This document shows positions 9,608 through 19,385 of a DNA stretch of 64,000 nucleotides, one piece after another. Positions within the stretch are counted from its first letter, which is position 1. Every line of letters starts with the position of its first letter. The notes under the pieces were generated by a model. It was not told the DNA's origin, did no database searches, and saw only the letters and a program-made list of their open reading frames with translations. The position numbers were made by a program, and so were the translations under genes. Origin of the DNA: an uncultured Gammaproteobacteria bacterium (lineage in GTDB: Bacteria > Pseudomonadota > Gammaproteobacteria > JAURND01); NCBI GenBank assembly GCA_963714975.1, contig CAVQQD010000003.1, positions 802,453 through 866,452 of the forward strand, given 5' to 3'.

Positions 9608-11701
9608 ATGCATCAAAAAGATCGACAATTAGCGATTTCTTCGATTTTCGAATATAGCCGTCAGCCTATGATTATTTTAGCCTCAGATGGAAAAATAATT
9701 GATGCAAATAAGGCTGTTATCGATATGTATGAATTGCGAAACAACACTTTGCAGGGTGCAGATTATTTTGCTCTTTTAGAAAAATTGGAATTAACTCCTC
9801 CAGTAACAGATGAACAGCTAAAAATGCTGCTTCCTGGTAATCCTGCTATAAAGCAAATTGCAAAAATTGGTGTAAGTAATAAGAATTACGTAATCGAATG
9901 GTCTATTCATTCCCTGATTCTAGATTTGGAAAAAATTTATGTCATTTTAGGTACTGATATTACTGCCGAGGAAGAAGTAAAAGTACTTGAAGAAAGAGGT
10001 AGAGAACAAATAAAAATAATGGCTAAATTGAATCAAGAAGTCCTCGGTGTTTCTGCAAAAGAACACGGAGTGTTGGAGAAATACGCTCATTCCATTCGTC
10101 ACCATTTAGAAAGCATTATTGCCTGTATGCCAGGAAATATATATTGGATGGATAAAGATTGTAATTATTTGGGTTGCAATAATAATGTTGCAAGGATTTT
10201 GCACCTGAATAATCCTACAGAAATTATTGGGTTAAGTTATGACGATATGGCTAGGCTTAAAGGAGTAGACCCGGAGGAGTATAAAAAATTCAAAGAAGAT
10301 GATTTGGAAGTAATACGAACAGGCGAGCCAAAACTAAATACTGAGGAACCCCCCCTTACAGATGAAAATGGAAATGTAGTATATTTTTTAACTAGTCGTG
10401 TTCCATTAACCGATGAACAAAAGGAAGTAACAGGTGTAGTGGGTGTTTCTATTGATATTACGGAACGCAAAATCCTAGAACAAAAACTTTCCAAAGCCTT
10501 GGAGGCCGCCGAAGCTTCCGATCGTGCTAAAACGGATTTTATCCAAAACATGAGTCACGATGTCAAAACGCCGCTGGCGGGTATTATTTCCATGGCGCAC
10601 AGGATCGGCACGCAACTCGAGGAGCCCGATGCTCTCGAAGATAATTATGAAAATGTGCAGATGATTAAAAATTCGGGTAGGCAATTGATAGAATTTTTTA
10701 TGAATTGTTTAGAGATGGGGCGGATTGAAACGGGGGAGGTGGGACTTAGCAATGAAAATTTCAATCCCCAAACCATAATGGATCAGCTTGTCGAGATGTT
10801 GACCCCTTCCATGAAACAAAAAGGCTTAGGATTTTATTCCACTTATGATCCCGCTATTCCTGAAATGGTGTATGCCAGCGCGCCGGGATTTTATCGGATA
10901 ATTTTAAATTTACTAGGCAATGCGATTAAATTTACTGAGGAAGGCTCGATAAGCATGGACATTCTCTTACAGAAAACTCGCGATGAAGACACTGGCAAAG
11001 ACAAAGAGGAACTTTGTTTAAAAATCCGCGATACTGGCATGGGCATTCCCCAAGAAAAAATCGCTAGCATTTTCGACCGCTTTACGCGCTTAACGCCTTC
11101 CTATGAGGGTAAATTTGAGGGCCATGGGATTGGGCTGTATATTGTGCATAAATTTGTCACTTTGATGGGAGGAAAAATTGATGTGGACAGCGAAGTGGGT
11201 AAGGGCAGTTGCTTCACCATCACGTTTCCTTTTTTACCCGCCAAGGCATTCCTGAAACCGAGAGCAGTCAAGCCTAAGTTTACCAAGCTAGCTCCCCTTG
11301 GGGATGCTATCAGCGAGGATGAAGAAACTGGCCCGCGTATTTTGTTGGTCGAGGATAATCGGATGGCTCAAAAAGGCATGGAATCGATTCTCACGCACTT
11401 AGGTTATACGCTCGATATTGTGAATACAGGTAAAAAAGCCCTAGATATTTTTGAATTGGATAAATATGTGCTGATTATTACCGATATTGGATTAGATGAT
11501 ATGAGTGGGACGACAGTAGCAGCGCATATTCGTACTGCAGAAAAGGGTCGAAAAAATCCAGTGCCGATTGTGGCTCTGACGGCCCATAATGTTGAAAAAG
11601 TGCAAGCGGAATGTGCAGCAGTGGGCATTAATGGGGTATTGGAAAAGCCCCTGACTGAGGAAGCGGCTCAGGAGGTGTTGGATTGTTTTGTCCAGAAGTA
11701 A
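9608..11701 (+). CDS. PAS-PAS hybrid sensor histidine kinase with receiver domain
   Basis: PAS (MPGNIYWMDKDCNYLGCN), H-box MSHDVKTPL, N-box NLLGNAIKFT, G-boxes DTGMGI and GHGIGL, receiver LLVEDN/TDIGL/KP. Start placed at MHQKD. Confidence 0.92.
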   Translation: MHQKDRQLAISSIFEYSRQPMIILASDGKIIDANKAVIDMYELRNNTLQGADYFALLEKLELTPPVTDEQLKMLLPGNPAIKQIAKIGVSNKNYVIEWSIHSLILDLEKIYVILGTDITAEEEVKVLEERGREQIKIMAKLNQEVLGVSAKEHGVLEKYAHSIRHHLESIIACMPGNIYWMDKDCNYLGCNNNVARILHLNNPTEIIGLSYDDMARLKGVDPEEYKKFKEDDLEVIRTGEPKLNTEEPPLTDENGNVVYFLTSRVPLTDEQKEVTGVVGVSIDITERKILEQKLSKALEAAEASDRAKTDFIQNMSHDVKTPLAGIISMAHRIGTQLEEPDALEDNYENVQMIKNSGRQLIEFFMNCLEMGRIETGEVGLSNENFNPQTIMDQLVEMLTPSMKQKGLGFYSTYDPAIPEMVYASAPGFYRIILNLLGNAIKFTEEGSISMDILLQKTRDEDTGKDKEELCLKIRDTGMGIPQEKIASIFDRFTRLTPSYEGKFEGHGIGLYIVHKFVTLMGGKIDVDSEVGKGSCFTITFPFLPAKAFLKPRAVKPKFTKLAPLGDAISEDEETGPRILLVEDNRMAQKGMESILTHLGYTLDIVNTGKKALDIFELDKYVLIITDIGLDDMSGTTVAAHIRTAEKGRKNPVPIVALTAHNVEKVQAECAAVGINGVLEKPLTEEAAQEVLDCFVQK

Positions 11702-11713
11702 CCGCTTTCTCTC

Positions 11714-11753
11714 TAAATCCCCCCTTACCCCCCTTTTTCAAAGGGGGGGATTT
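11714..11753. repeat. Family B palindrome (possible terminator)
   Basis: taaatccccccttaccccctttttcaaaggggggattt; same family as 37360-37437 and 40815-40970. Confidence 0.8.
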
Positions 11754-11795
11754 ACGCTTGGGCGGTGGCGAGAAGATTTTAGTGTGGAGGTCACC

Positions 11796-11999
11796 ATGGA
11801 TGTCTTACGATACAATGAATTAAATATTTCCGCGGTAAAAAAGCAGTACGATACTGTCGTGGCTTTACTCCAACAAAATAATTTTGCAGCGAGTGGGGTC
11901 AAGCAATTCGTAGGAACACCGTTTTACTTAGTGCCTTTGGATTCAACCCAGGGCTTGTTGTTTCGAGTAGTTTCCCATTTTCCTTGCTGCTCAGGGTAG
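11796..11999 (+). pseudogene. Probable truncated N-terminal fragment of a larger gene (possibly UvrD-like helicase family)
   Basis: RBS ggagg, then MDVLRYNELNISAVKKQY...NNFAASGVKQ...PFYLVPLDSTQGLLF. From memory this resembles the N-terminus of large helicase-domain proteins. It ends at the darG boundary. Confidence 0.4.
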
Positions 12000-12032
12000 A
12001 GTAGGGGTGCATGGTCTTCCTGACCTTTTCTT

Positions 12033-13082
12033 TTAATCAGCCAAATTGCTTATCCATCCCCTTTGAGTCAAGATCTTAGCTGCTAAGGTGATCTGGCGCT
12101 CGGTAAATTGTTTTTTGCGTTTATTCCAGGCATAGGTTTGTTTCACTACATCGTCCAAGGTATGTGCAGATTCTTGTTGCACTATCCAATGTACCGTAGA
12201 TAATAACTCTAATCCAAATGATGATTCGAATCCTTCAACCAATTTTACAACCTGATCAAAACGTGTCCGAGTTTCGGCATGATTTTCAAGAAAAGCGCTA
12301 GCTGCTTCAACTGCACCCTGCCGCAACCTGAGCTGCTTGTTTGGATTATCACCACCGTCGACGTATCCTGAGATCAAATGTCCTTCAATGTCATTTAGTA
12401 CATGACGCAAATTTTCAGCGTAAGGGCCATAGAGTCCTTTTACATAACGAAGTCGCAGTGGTTCACCAGCTACCTGCATAAAATACATTAATTTTTGAAC
12501 CTCTAGCAGCGTAACAAAAGGATCAAGTAAAGCGTTTAGATAGCGATGCATCAGTTGAACCAAAGTAGCTCGTCCCGCTGTCATTTTAGGAGCTTTTCGA
12601 CTATAGGTTGTTTTTTCTCTGACAAACTCTGGTTCATAGATGATAATTTGGACATTTTTTAAGGGTTTTAATGCCGCTATGATGAGTGGCTTAATTTGTG
12701 CCCATTTTAGTCCACCCAATCCGCTACCAAGGGGAGGGATTGCAATCGAGTGAATATTGTATTTACTGATGACTGTGGCTAACGACTTAAGACCAGCTTC
12801 AATGTCTTCAATTCGGCTCTTATCTTTCCAATGTCGCTTAGTGGGGAAGTTGATGATATAGCGGGGAGTTCCTGGGTAAGTGGTTTCATACACAAACATG
12901 TGGCCTGGCTGCACTTCTGCGTGCTTACAGGCAGTGACATAAGCTTTGAAATTATCTGGAAATGTATTTTTGAATTGCAAAGCAATGCCACGACCCATGA
13001 TGCCGACACAATTCACTGTGTTCACAATGGCTTCTGCATTTTCTTGCAAAATATCGCCTGTTTTGTACTCAATCACTCTCAT
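12033..13082 (-). CDS. darG: DarG antitoxin (macrodomain DNA ADP-ribosyl glycohydrolase)
   Basis: IEYKTGDIL..AEAIVNTVNCVGIMGRGIALQFK, IINFPTKRHW, SIAIPPLGSGLGGL, and C-terminal EVQKLMYF/YGPYA/GLELLSTVHW; lies downstream of darT. Confidence 0.93.
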   Translation of the reverse strand: MRVIEYKTGDILQENAEAIVNTVNCVGIMGRGIALQFKNTFPDNFKAYVTACKHAEVQPGHMFVYETTYPGTPRYIINFPTKRHWKDKSRIEDIEAGLKSLATVISKYNIHSIAIPPLGSGLGGLKWAQIKPLIIAALKPLKNVQIIIYEPEFVREKTTYSRKAPKMTAGRATLVQLMHRYLNALLDPFVTLLEVQKLMYFMQVAGEPLRLRYVKGLYGPYAENLRHVLNDIEGHLISGYVDGGDNPNKQLRLRQGAVEAASAFLENHAETRTRFDQVVKLVEGFESSFGLELLSTVHWIVQQESAHTLDDVVKQTYAWNKRKKQFTERQITLAAKILTQRGWISNLAD

Positions 13083-13096
13083 CCACCTCGTTAATA

Positions 13097-13756
13097 TTAG
13101 TAGTACCACTCAGGTATTATTTCAATGGATTGTGGATACTTAGTGGTAGCCTTGCTCAACTCCAGCGCCACTTGTTGATATGTCGCACTTGATTTTACAC
13201 CAATGCGATCGACCAGACACCATGGAAAAGAATGTTCCAGCAAAAATTCTGCTTGCTTACCTTCTTTTAATATTGGATTGCTATCACCACCCCACTGCTT
13301 AGCCAAAACAGCCTCCCAGTTAATTTCATTTAACCGAGTAAGGTCACAACGATCCTCAAAGTAATAAGAACCTGCATTTGACAAAGTAAAGACCCAACGC
13401 TTCTTATTTGTTGCTGCCCAATTTATCGTACGAAGCAGGTCAGTTTCAAGGTGTATAATTGGTTCTTATCCGCCCTCGTAAATTAAATCCGGGTTCCCTT
13501 GGTGAATCACGTAAAGCATAATTGAGCGTGGACAGAAATAAAAAGGTACACATTGGCCTATATATAAGTCAGGATAACTCTTTAACTTAAGTTCCTTCAG
13601 ACGACGCTGTTTGATTTTATTCATACCGATACTAGTGCCTAAAGATGAATATTTTGTAATCTGAGCGTCGCACCAAAGATGATTGTCGGCGATGATAGAA
13701 GGCAAACGATCTACATGTAAAATATGATAAATTTTGGGATGTTCTGGAATAGCCAT
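13097..13756 (-). pseudogene. darT: DarT DNA ADP-ribosyltransferase toxin with an in-frame premature stop
   Basis: KIYHILHVDRL, VPFYFCPRSIMLY and KQAEFL are all in one frame, interrupted only by TAA at 13466-13468 (GG*EPIIHLE). Confidence 0.9.
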
Positions 13757-13821
13757 AGTTTCTCCCATGGGCTAGCGTTTAATAGCAATTTAGGCGCTCA
13801 ATTTTCACGAATTGGTTAATT

Positions 13822-14080
13822 CTACATTGTTTCATTATTAGTTGGCTGCTCCTTCAGCTGTTTTATTCCCGCTGCCGTCAGCATAGCATTTGTCGCTTTT
13901 TCAACAGAAGCTCGCACAGGGTCTAGATCCAATCGTGCATAAATAGCCGTTGTTTGGGGCGACTTATGATTTAAGGATTTTCCAATGATAGTGAGAAGCG
14001 CCTGTACGAGCTTGCCAGCTTCCTAGGGTACGTCTTAGATCATGTATTCGTAGATCAGCAATACCAGCATCTTCAATTTT
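13822..14080 (-). pseudogene. Tyrosine recombinase/integrase C-terminal remnant
   Basis: DLRIHDLRRTLGSWQARTGAS, then a frameshift, then LTIIGKSLNHKSPQTTAIYARL; the 5' part is missing. Confidence 0.85.
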
Positions 14081-14755
14081 GCTAAGCAAGAAGGTGAGAT
14101 TTCTGCCAATACAGCTGCCTACTGCAAAGCAAGGTCACGCTTACCAGAAGAAGCTTTATCAGGATTAACAAGAGAGTCAGCAGAACAATTGGAAGGACGA
14201 ACTCCATTAGAATGGTGATGGAGAGAACGGCATGTAAAATTAATTGATGGTTCATGTATATCAATGCCAGATACTCCTGAAAATCAAGCCACCTATCCAC
14301 AACCTGATACTCAAACTAAAGGAGTCGTTGGTTTGTGGAAATTAATTTGTTAGCCATCAAAAAAACCATGAAAATGGATGTTTTACGTGGGAAATCGCCT
14401 AAAATGGTACACAAGGAGGTTTGGGCGCATTTACTGGTTTATAACTTGGTTAGAAAAATAATGGCTCAAGCAGCAATCAAGCATAATAAAAATCCCCGCG
14501 AATTGAGCTTCAAATTAGCATTGCAAATTATTTTTGCATTTCGTCAGGCAAAAATTTTTTCTGAAAAAACGAAATAATTTACAGTAAAATGCTTCAAGCA
14601 ATTGCATATAAAAAAGTTGGAAATCGACCGGGGCGTAGTGAACCGCAAATGGTTAAGCGTCGGCCAAAATCTTTCCCTCGGCTGCAAAAACCAAGGAAAT
14701 CCTACTATAAAAAAGTGAGCGCTTAAAATGACTATTTCTTAAGTTAGTGCCATTG
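14081..14755 (+). mobile_element. Degenerate IS4-family element
   Basis: Fragments NTAAYCKARSRLPE, HVKLIDGSCISMPDTPENQATYPQP, KMDVLRGKSPKMVHKEVWAHLLVYNL and GNRPGRSEP..KRRPK, with stops and a deletion. Putative terminal repeat cttaagttagtgccattg at 14738-14755. Confidence 0.85.
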
Positions 14756-14973
14756 GGTTTATTATCATCTATCAAGCATTGTTTCCATTTATGCTTATTC
14801 AGCAAGGGTTGACAATAATCCACATGGGATCTAAATTCATCTTGAGAAATGATATCGAATCCATCTTCTCCGTTTCTGATCTGGCCTTTAGAGTCATGTG
14901 TACTAATCAAACAATCATCATAATCCAAACTAAGGGCTAAAATTTTTTTTGGCATACTATTGTATCTCTTCAT
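14756..14973 (-). pseudogene. Gene fragment truncated by the IS4 end
   Basis: MPKKILALSLDYDDCL (HAD-like DxD motif) reads into the IS terminal repeat. Confidence 0.45.
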
Positions 14974-15293
14974 CCTACGTTGTCATTTCATTGTTAAAAA
15001 ATCATTTGAAGACCCCATGGACCCTATACAAGATTTTTTGTGCAAAATGAACAAAAATATGGCGAGAATATTACACTATCCAGCAAATGTGTCAATTTAA
15101 TGGGCGAAATATTGAAAGGGTGAGTAATGAAGTATCATTAGACGACATGAAAATCTTAGTGGAATGCGCGACTTTTGCGCGATTCGGTGCTGCTCCACTC
15201 TGCTTTATTAGGCATTTGCAGTGGGGTGCCCGCCTAATACCTGCCAATAAGGTGTGCCTTCTACTGTTACAATAATAATTTACCCCGTGGGTA

Positions 15294-15320
15294 AAAAGTT
15301 CCCCCTTAAGGGGGAACTTT
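15294..15320. terminator. Intrinsic terminator-like hairpin
   Basis: aaagttcccccttaagggggaacttt, just downstream of the 15358 ORF. Confidence 0.6.
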
Positions 15321-15357
15321 GCACACCACTTCTTCATTTTTTCCCTAAAAGACCCTA

Positions 15358-15618
15358 TTAAGGATAATAGGGATGATACGGATGTACGTACGGGTGGTAG
15401 TATGGATGATATGGGTAATAAGGATGATAGGGATGCACGTACGGATGGTAGTATGGATGATACGGATAATAGGGGTGATAGGGATGCACGTACGGATGAT
15501 AGTACGGGTAATAAGAAACGGAAACACCAAGCTGGGCATAGCTCCCTAATGACGTAACCGCCAATAGACCAGCAGCCAAGGCCAAGGCAATCCGCTTTTT
15601 TAAAGAACCAAGTTTCAT
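15358..15618 (-). CDS. Secreted Tyr/His/Pro-repeat small protein
   Basis: RBS gaggagg, a signal peptide ending SYA|Q, then ~3 copies of YYHPYVHPYHPYYPYHP. Confidence 0.8.
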   Translation of the reverse strand: MKLGSLKKRIALALAAGLLAVTSLGSYAQLGVSVSYYPYYHPYVHPYHPYYPYHPYYHPYVHPYHPYYPYHPYYHPYVHPYHPYYP

Positions 15619-15852
15619 AGCAACCTCCTCTAAATCTTACTTGTGCCTTAAGTATAGTATTTTTTCGGGGGTTAATAGGGAATATTTGTATTTTTCTTGC
15701 ACAATCTGTGCTTATTGGTAGGGAAGTTAGTCTATTCAGCCTACCGCTTCTGTAGTCTGGTTGAGATCTTTGAATAGTGTGCCAAATTCACAAATGAAAG
15801 CCAGATTAACAGCAGGCCCTAGTTAGTGTCAGTGGCAGGAAAGCAAAATTTT

Positions 15853-18800
15853 TTAGAAGGAGGCATAGGAAGTAGTGCTGCCTGTTGCCGTTGCGTTATC
15901 TCGTTTATTTTCTGCTACCGTTTTCAACACCCGATCAATAGTATTTGAGAGACGAGGGTGCAGGAAGTAATTAGGTATTTTGGGATGCCGCAAGGCATTG
16001 CCCTCTGTTATTGCTTTGGGCAACCATGCGAAAAAATTTCTTGTTTCTTCAGCCGATACGTTATTGTCACGAAGTGTTTGCTCGAAATTTCCTGTTTTTT
16101 TGCTATTGGCTAACGCAGACAGAAAATGATTTGCTAACTGATACGTCAACGGCGCATTTTTCTCTAATAATATTCTTTCGCCTTTCATGCTGTGCCACAG
16201 CGTAAATATATCTGCTTCATTTATGGGTTGTTCTGAAGTGCAATGATCCATTAAATTTTTTAATGAGCCATTGCGCTGCAATAACCATGCTAGTGAAAAT
16301 GGGTCAGGTTCTGTTTGCGAGATATTAACCACTGTATTAATAAATTCATTGTATATTACATGCAGGTCGAGTAAATTTAGGTCCTGCAGTAAACTACGCC
16401 CATGGATTAAGTTATGCTGTAATGCGTCTAAGTGATCAAGTGATCCTTGCGAATAATAACGTTTTAATACCTGGGCAGTAAAATACATGCATCCTTGCTC
16501 AGCAAACATGCGCAGCGTGGGCGTGATTTTCTTAGTACTGATTGAAGTAATATCTTCTTCATGTTTTATTGCTGTAATAAAACGCCGGATTGCGGTTAAA
16601 TTTTCACTAAATTGTGGAAATTTATCTTTGGAATCTTTTGGAAAAAATGTCGTCGAGCTGGTAGAGCTACTCCTTCTCCTGATACTAGAGGGAGTTGTTT
16701 TAGCATCCATGGGGATGGATGGTGAATAAATTCCTCGTAATTCAGATTCTATAGAAGCTCTTCTTTTCCTGTTACTATCAGGAGTGCTTCTAGATGCTAT
16801 CGGGGGAGGGGTAACTGAATAAAGCTTTAAGGAATCGGATTCTGTAGACTTTCTTCTAGAAGTAGCTGTAGTTCTTCTTTGTTTTATTTCTTTTCCATCG
16901 GTGGACTGCAATGAAAAAGATTTGGTTCGCGGTCTTTCGGTGTGCGAACCTGTTAACTTTTTTTTCGAATTTTCATACTTCGGACTTAATGCTTTAAGTT
17001 TATCAGATATTGATTTTAACCGTGACTCCACGAAAGAGAAGTTTTTAAAGCTAATTTCATCTATGGCTTGTTGCTCATTAATCGCTTGTTTTTTTAATGC
17101 ATCTGCATTTTCAAGAATTTCAGTTGTATCTCGTACAAATGTGCTATAATCATCGTAATAACGAGAAGTGCTATACTCGCTTGGCATAAATTCCATTCTA
17201 CTATCTGAAATTTTTTTTGCTAGAGTAGCATACTCTTGCTCGGTATCTTCTATTATTTTTATTAAATCATTGATTTTTTCCTGCGGCACGGTTTTTTCCA
17301 TAGTGTCGATTTTTTCTTTCTGTGAGTCATTCAATGTGGAAGAGGGTGGTGACAAAGGTGGTTGCACTGAAGTTTGATCTGTATCATCGGATGGAAGAGG
17401 TAGTTTCTGTGTTTTGGATTTTCGTTTTGGTGTCGGTTTTTGTTCACTGGTTCTTATCTCTTGCTGAGGTTTATGTTGTTTAAGGTTGGGCTTATTTTTA
17501 GATTTATTTAAAAAACAAAAGTATATAAAAGCGCCTATCCCTGCCACTACTGTCAATAGGGAAACGAAAATAAAGGGGTTTTCATTTTTTGAAGTCTGGT
17601 GCTCGCTAGTTTCACTACTGTTAGGCTCAATCTGTGGATTTTCATAACACAGAAAGCTTGAATTTCTATGTGTTTCGATATAATTTTCTGTCAAAGGAGT
17701 TCTATAGAGATTCACAGATTGGTCGCGTTGTGTTTCAGCATAATTCTTTAGTAATTCAATCATAGGTAATGCAATCGTAGGAGGACGTCCAGAGAATTGA
17801 AGTGTACCAAGCGCTGTTTGGTCTTTCTTATTTTTTTTGTTAATAATATATGGGTTTTTTCTTATTATTTTTTTAACAAAATCAACGTTATGAAATAACA
17901 CTGCCACATGCAAAATAGTATCTCCGTTGTTGTTTTTTACGTTAAGATCGATCCTGTCATCAGCTAATATTAATTTAGTGATAGCCATCCTATTAACAGT
18001 TTTTACAGCATAAAATAACGCAGTTTCGCCAACATTATCTTGCAAATTAATGTCCGTTCGAGTATTTCTTAGAATTGATTTTACTATGTTTTTTTGTCCT
18101 TTTAAGACAGCAACCATTAGTGCCGTCCGACTCTTTTCATTTTTTAGATTAGGGTTGGCACCTTTTCTCAGTATTTTTTTTATAATATCGTGGGAAGCAG
18201 AATATATAGCTATATGTAAAAGCGTATTTCCATCCCTATCTTTCTGATCTAGGTTAATTCTTTTATCATCTAACAACAAGTTAACAATATCTAAATCTAG
18301 ATCTAGAGAGTTTAATTTCAAACTTACAAATATAGCAGAGTTATTTTGGTAGCCAAGGATATTAATGTCGGTATGAGGCTTATTCAGGAGCAGTTCTATT
18401 ATGCCCCTATGTCTTTTTATAGTAGCATACATGAGCGCCGTAAAACCTGCGGTATCTTGTAGATTAGGATCCGCGCTTTTTTCCAATAATTTATCCACAA
18501 TGTTTAAGTAACCATAATTTGCTGCCATCATTAATGCTGTCTCTCCTTTATTATTTTGTTTATTAATATCAGTGACTTGTTGTTCTAGTAGGTCAAAAGC
18601 GATTTTTGGTTTATGATCTTCAAGTGCCTGCATTAAGGGTGTATTTCCCTTGTTATCTTCTGTTTTCGTTGATTGTTGTTTCGCATCTACTGTAGAAAAG
18701 AAGTAAGTATGTGTAGCAATAGCCAATGGTCTAATGCGCTCAGAGGGGTAAGTAGACAACTTGATGAGTTTGTTTTTTGTACGATAAATTAAGTGATCTA

Positions 18801-19212
18801 ATGCGGCGTTAGTTTTACGCAGTAAGGTTGATTGCCTCACCCAGGTAATACCCAATAGGGGAAGAGAGATAGCTATATTTTTAGGGAAGGGAGACGTAGG
18901 GCCATTAATATAATGCTTGATCCCATGTAAGCAATTGATACATAACTCGGTATCCCAGTAATCCGGTGTACGTGCAATATAATCTTGTAACGCCGTTATT
19001 AGATGTTTTACTGCGACATCATCGTTTTTTTCTATCTGGCCGTTACCTGCTATCGTATAATATTTGGAGAGTTTAGCAGCGACAAATTCAACTAAAGGTT
19101 GCACATCTTCGTCGGTTAAATCTTCATCTTCCTGAAAAATAAATTCTTGTAGGTTGAATTTATCTTGACTGCTTAGTATAAACTTAAAAGTTGCGGGTTC
19201 ACTATCTTGCAT
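15853..19212 (-). CDS. Ankyrin-repeat membrane protein, effector-like
   Basis: About 8-9 ankyrin repeats (GNTPLMQA, GETALMMAA, GFTALMYA, GNTLLHIA, GDTILHVA), a TM segment, a coiled coil and a Ser/Arg-rich region. Confidence 0.88.
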   Translation of the reverse strand: MQDSEPATFKFILSSQDKFNLQEFIFQEDEDLTDEDVQPLVEFVAAKLSKYYTIAGNGQIEKNDDVAVKHLITALQDYIARTPDYWDTELCINCLHGIKHYINGPTSPFPKNIAISLPLLGITWVRQSTLLRKTNAALDHLIYRTKNKLIKLSTYPSERIRPLAIATHTYFFSTVDAKQQSTKTEDNKGNTPLMQALEDHKPKIAFDLLEQQVTDINKQNNKGETALMMAANYGYLNIVDKLLEKSADPNLQDTAGFTALMYATIKRHRGIIELLLNKPHTDINILGYQNNSAIFVSLKLNSLDLDLDIVNLLLDDKRINLDQKDRDGNTLLHIAIYSASHDIIKKILRKGANPNLKNEKSRTALMVAVLKGQKNIVKSILRNTRTDINLQDNVGETALFYAVKTVNRMAITKLILADDRIDLNVKNNNGDTILHVAVLFHNVDFVKKIIRKNPYIINKKNKKDQTALGTLQFSGRPPTIALPMIELLKNYAETQRDQSVNLYRTPLTENYIETHRNSSFLCYENPQIEPNSSETSEHQTSKNENPFIFVSLLTVVAGIGAFIYFCFLNKSKNKPNLKQHKPQQEIRTSEQKPTPKRKSKTQKLPLPSDDTDQTSVQPPLSPPSSTLNDSQKEKIDTMEKTVPQEKINDLIKIIEDTEQEYATLAKKISDSRMEFMPSEYSTSRYYDDYSTFVRDTTEILENADALKKQAINEQQAIDEISFKNFSFVESRLKSISDKLKALSPKYENSKKKLTGSHTERPRTKSFSLQSTDGKEIKQRRTTATSRRKSTESDSLKLYSVTPPPIASRSTPDSNRKRRASIESELRGIYSPSIPMDAKTTPSSIRRRSSSTSSTTFFPKDSKDKFPQFSENLTAIRRFITAIKHEEDITSISTKKITPTLRMFAEQGCMYFTAQVLKRYYSQGSLDHLDALQHNLIHGRSLLQDLNLLDLHVIYNEFINTVVNISQTEPDPFSLAWLLQRNGSLKNLMDHCTSEQPINEADIFTLWHSMKGERILLEKNAPLTYQLANHFLSALANSKKTGNFEQTLRDNNVSAEETRNFFAWLPKAITEGNALRHPKIPNYFLHPRLSNTIDRVLKTVAENKRDNATATGSTTSYASF

Positions 19213-19385
19213 AATCCCTACCTCACAATGGCATCACCAAAAAATCTTGGTTTTACCCCAAAAAAAGGGGGGGGCATTTTTAATAAACTAATAACAATGA
19301 GACTATACTATCATAATGTAAAGCCTGGCAAGGTTTGGAATGATGATGTATTATACTTGTCCACCCATGTGGCGAGCAGCTAAAC

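Noticed and set aside
15060-15290. Hairpin-rich intergenic stretch as an ncRNA (also 28450-28730)
   Set aside because: No recognisable tRNA, riboswitch or sRNA motif; an Rfam search would be needed.
15358-15512. 51-bp periodic repeat as a CRISPR or non-coding array
   Set aside because: Variation is synonymous with respect to the Y/H/P ORF, so it is a coding repeat.
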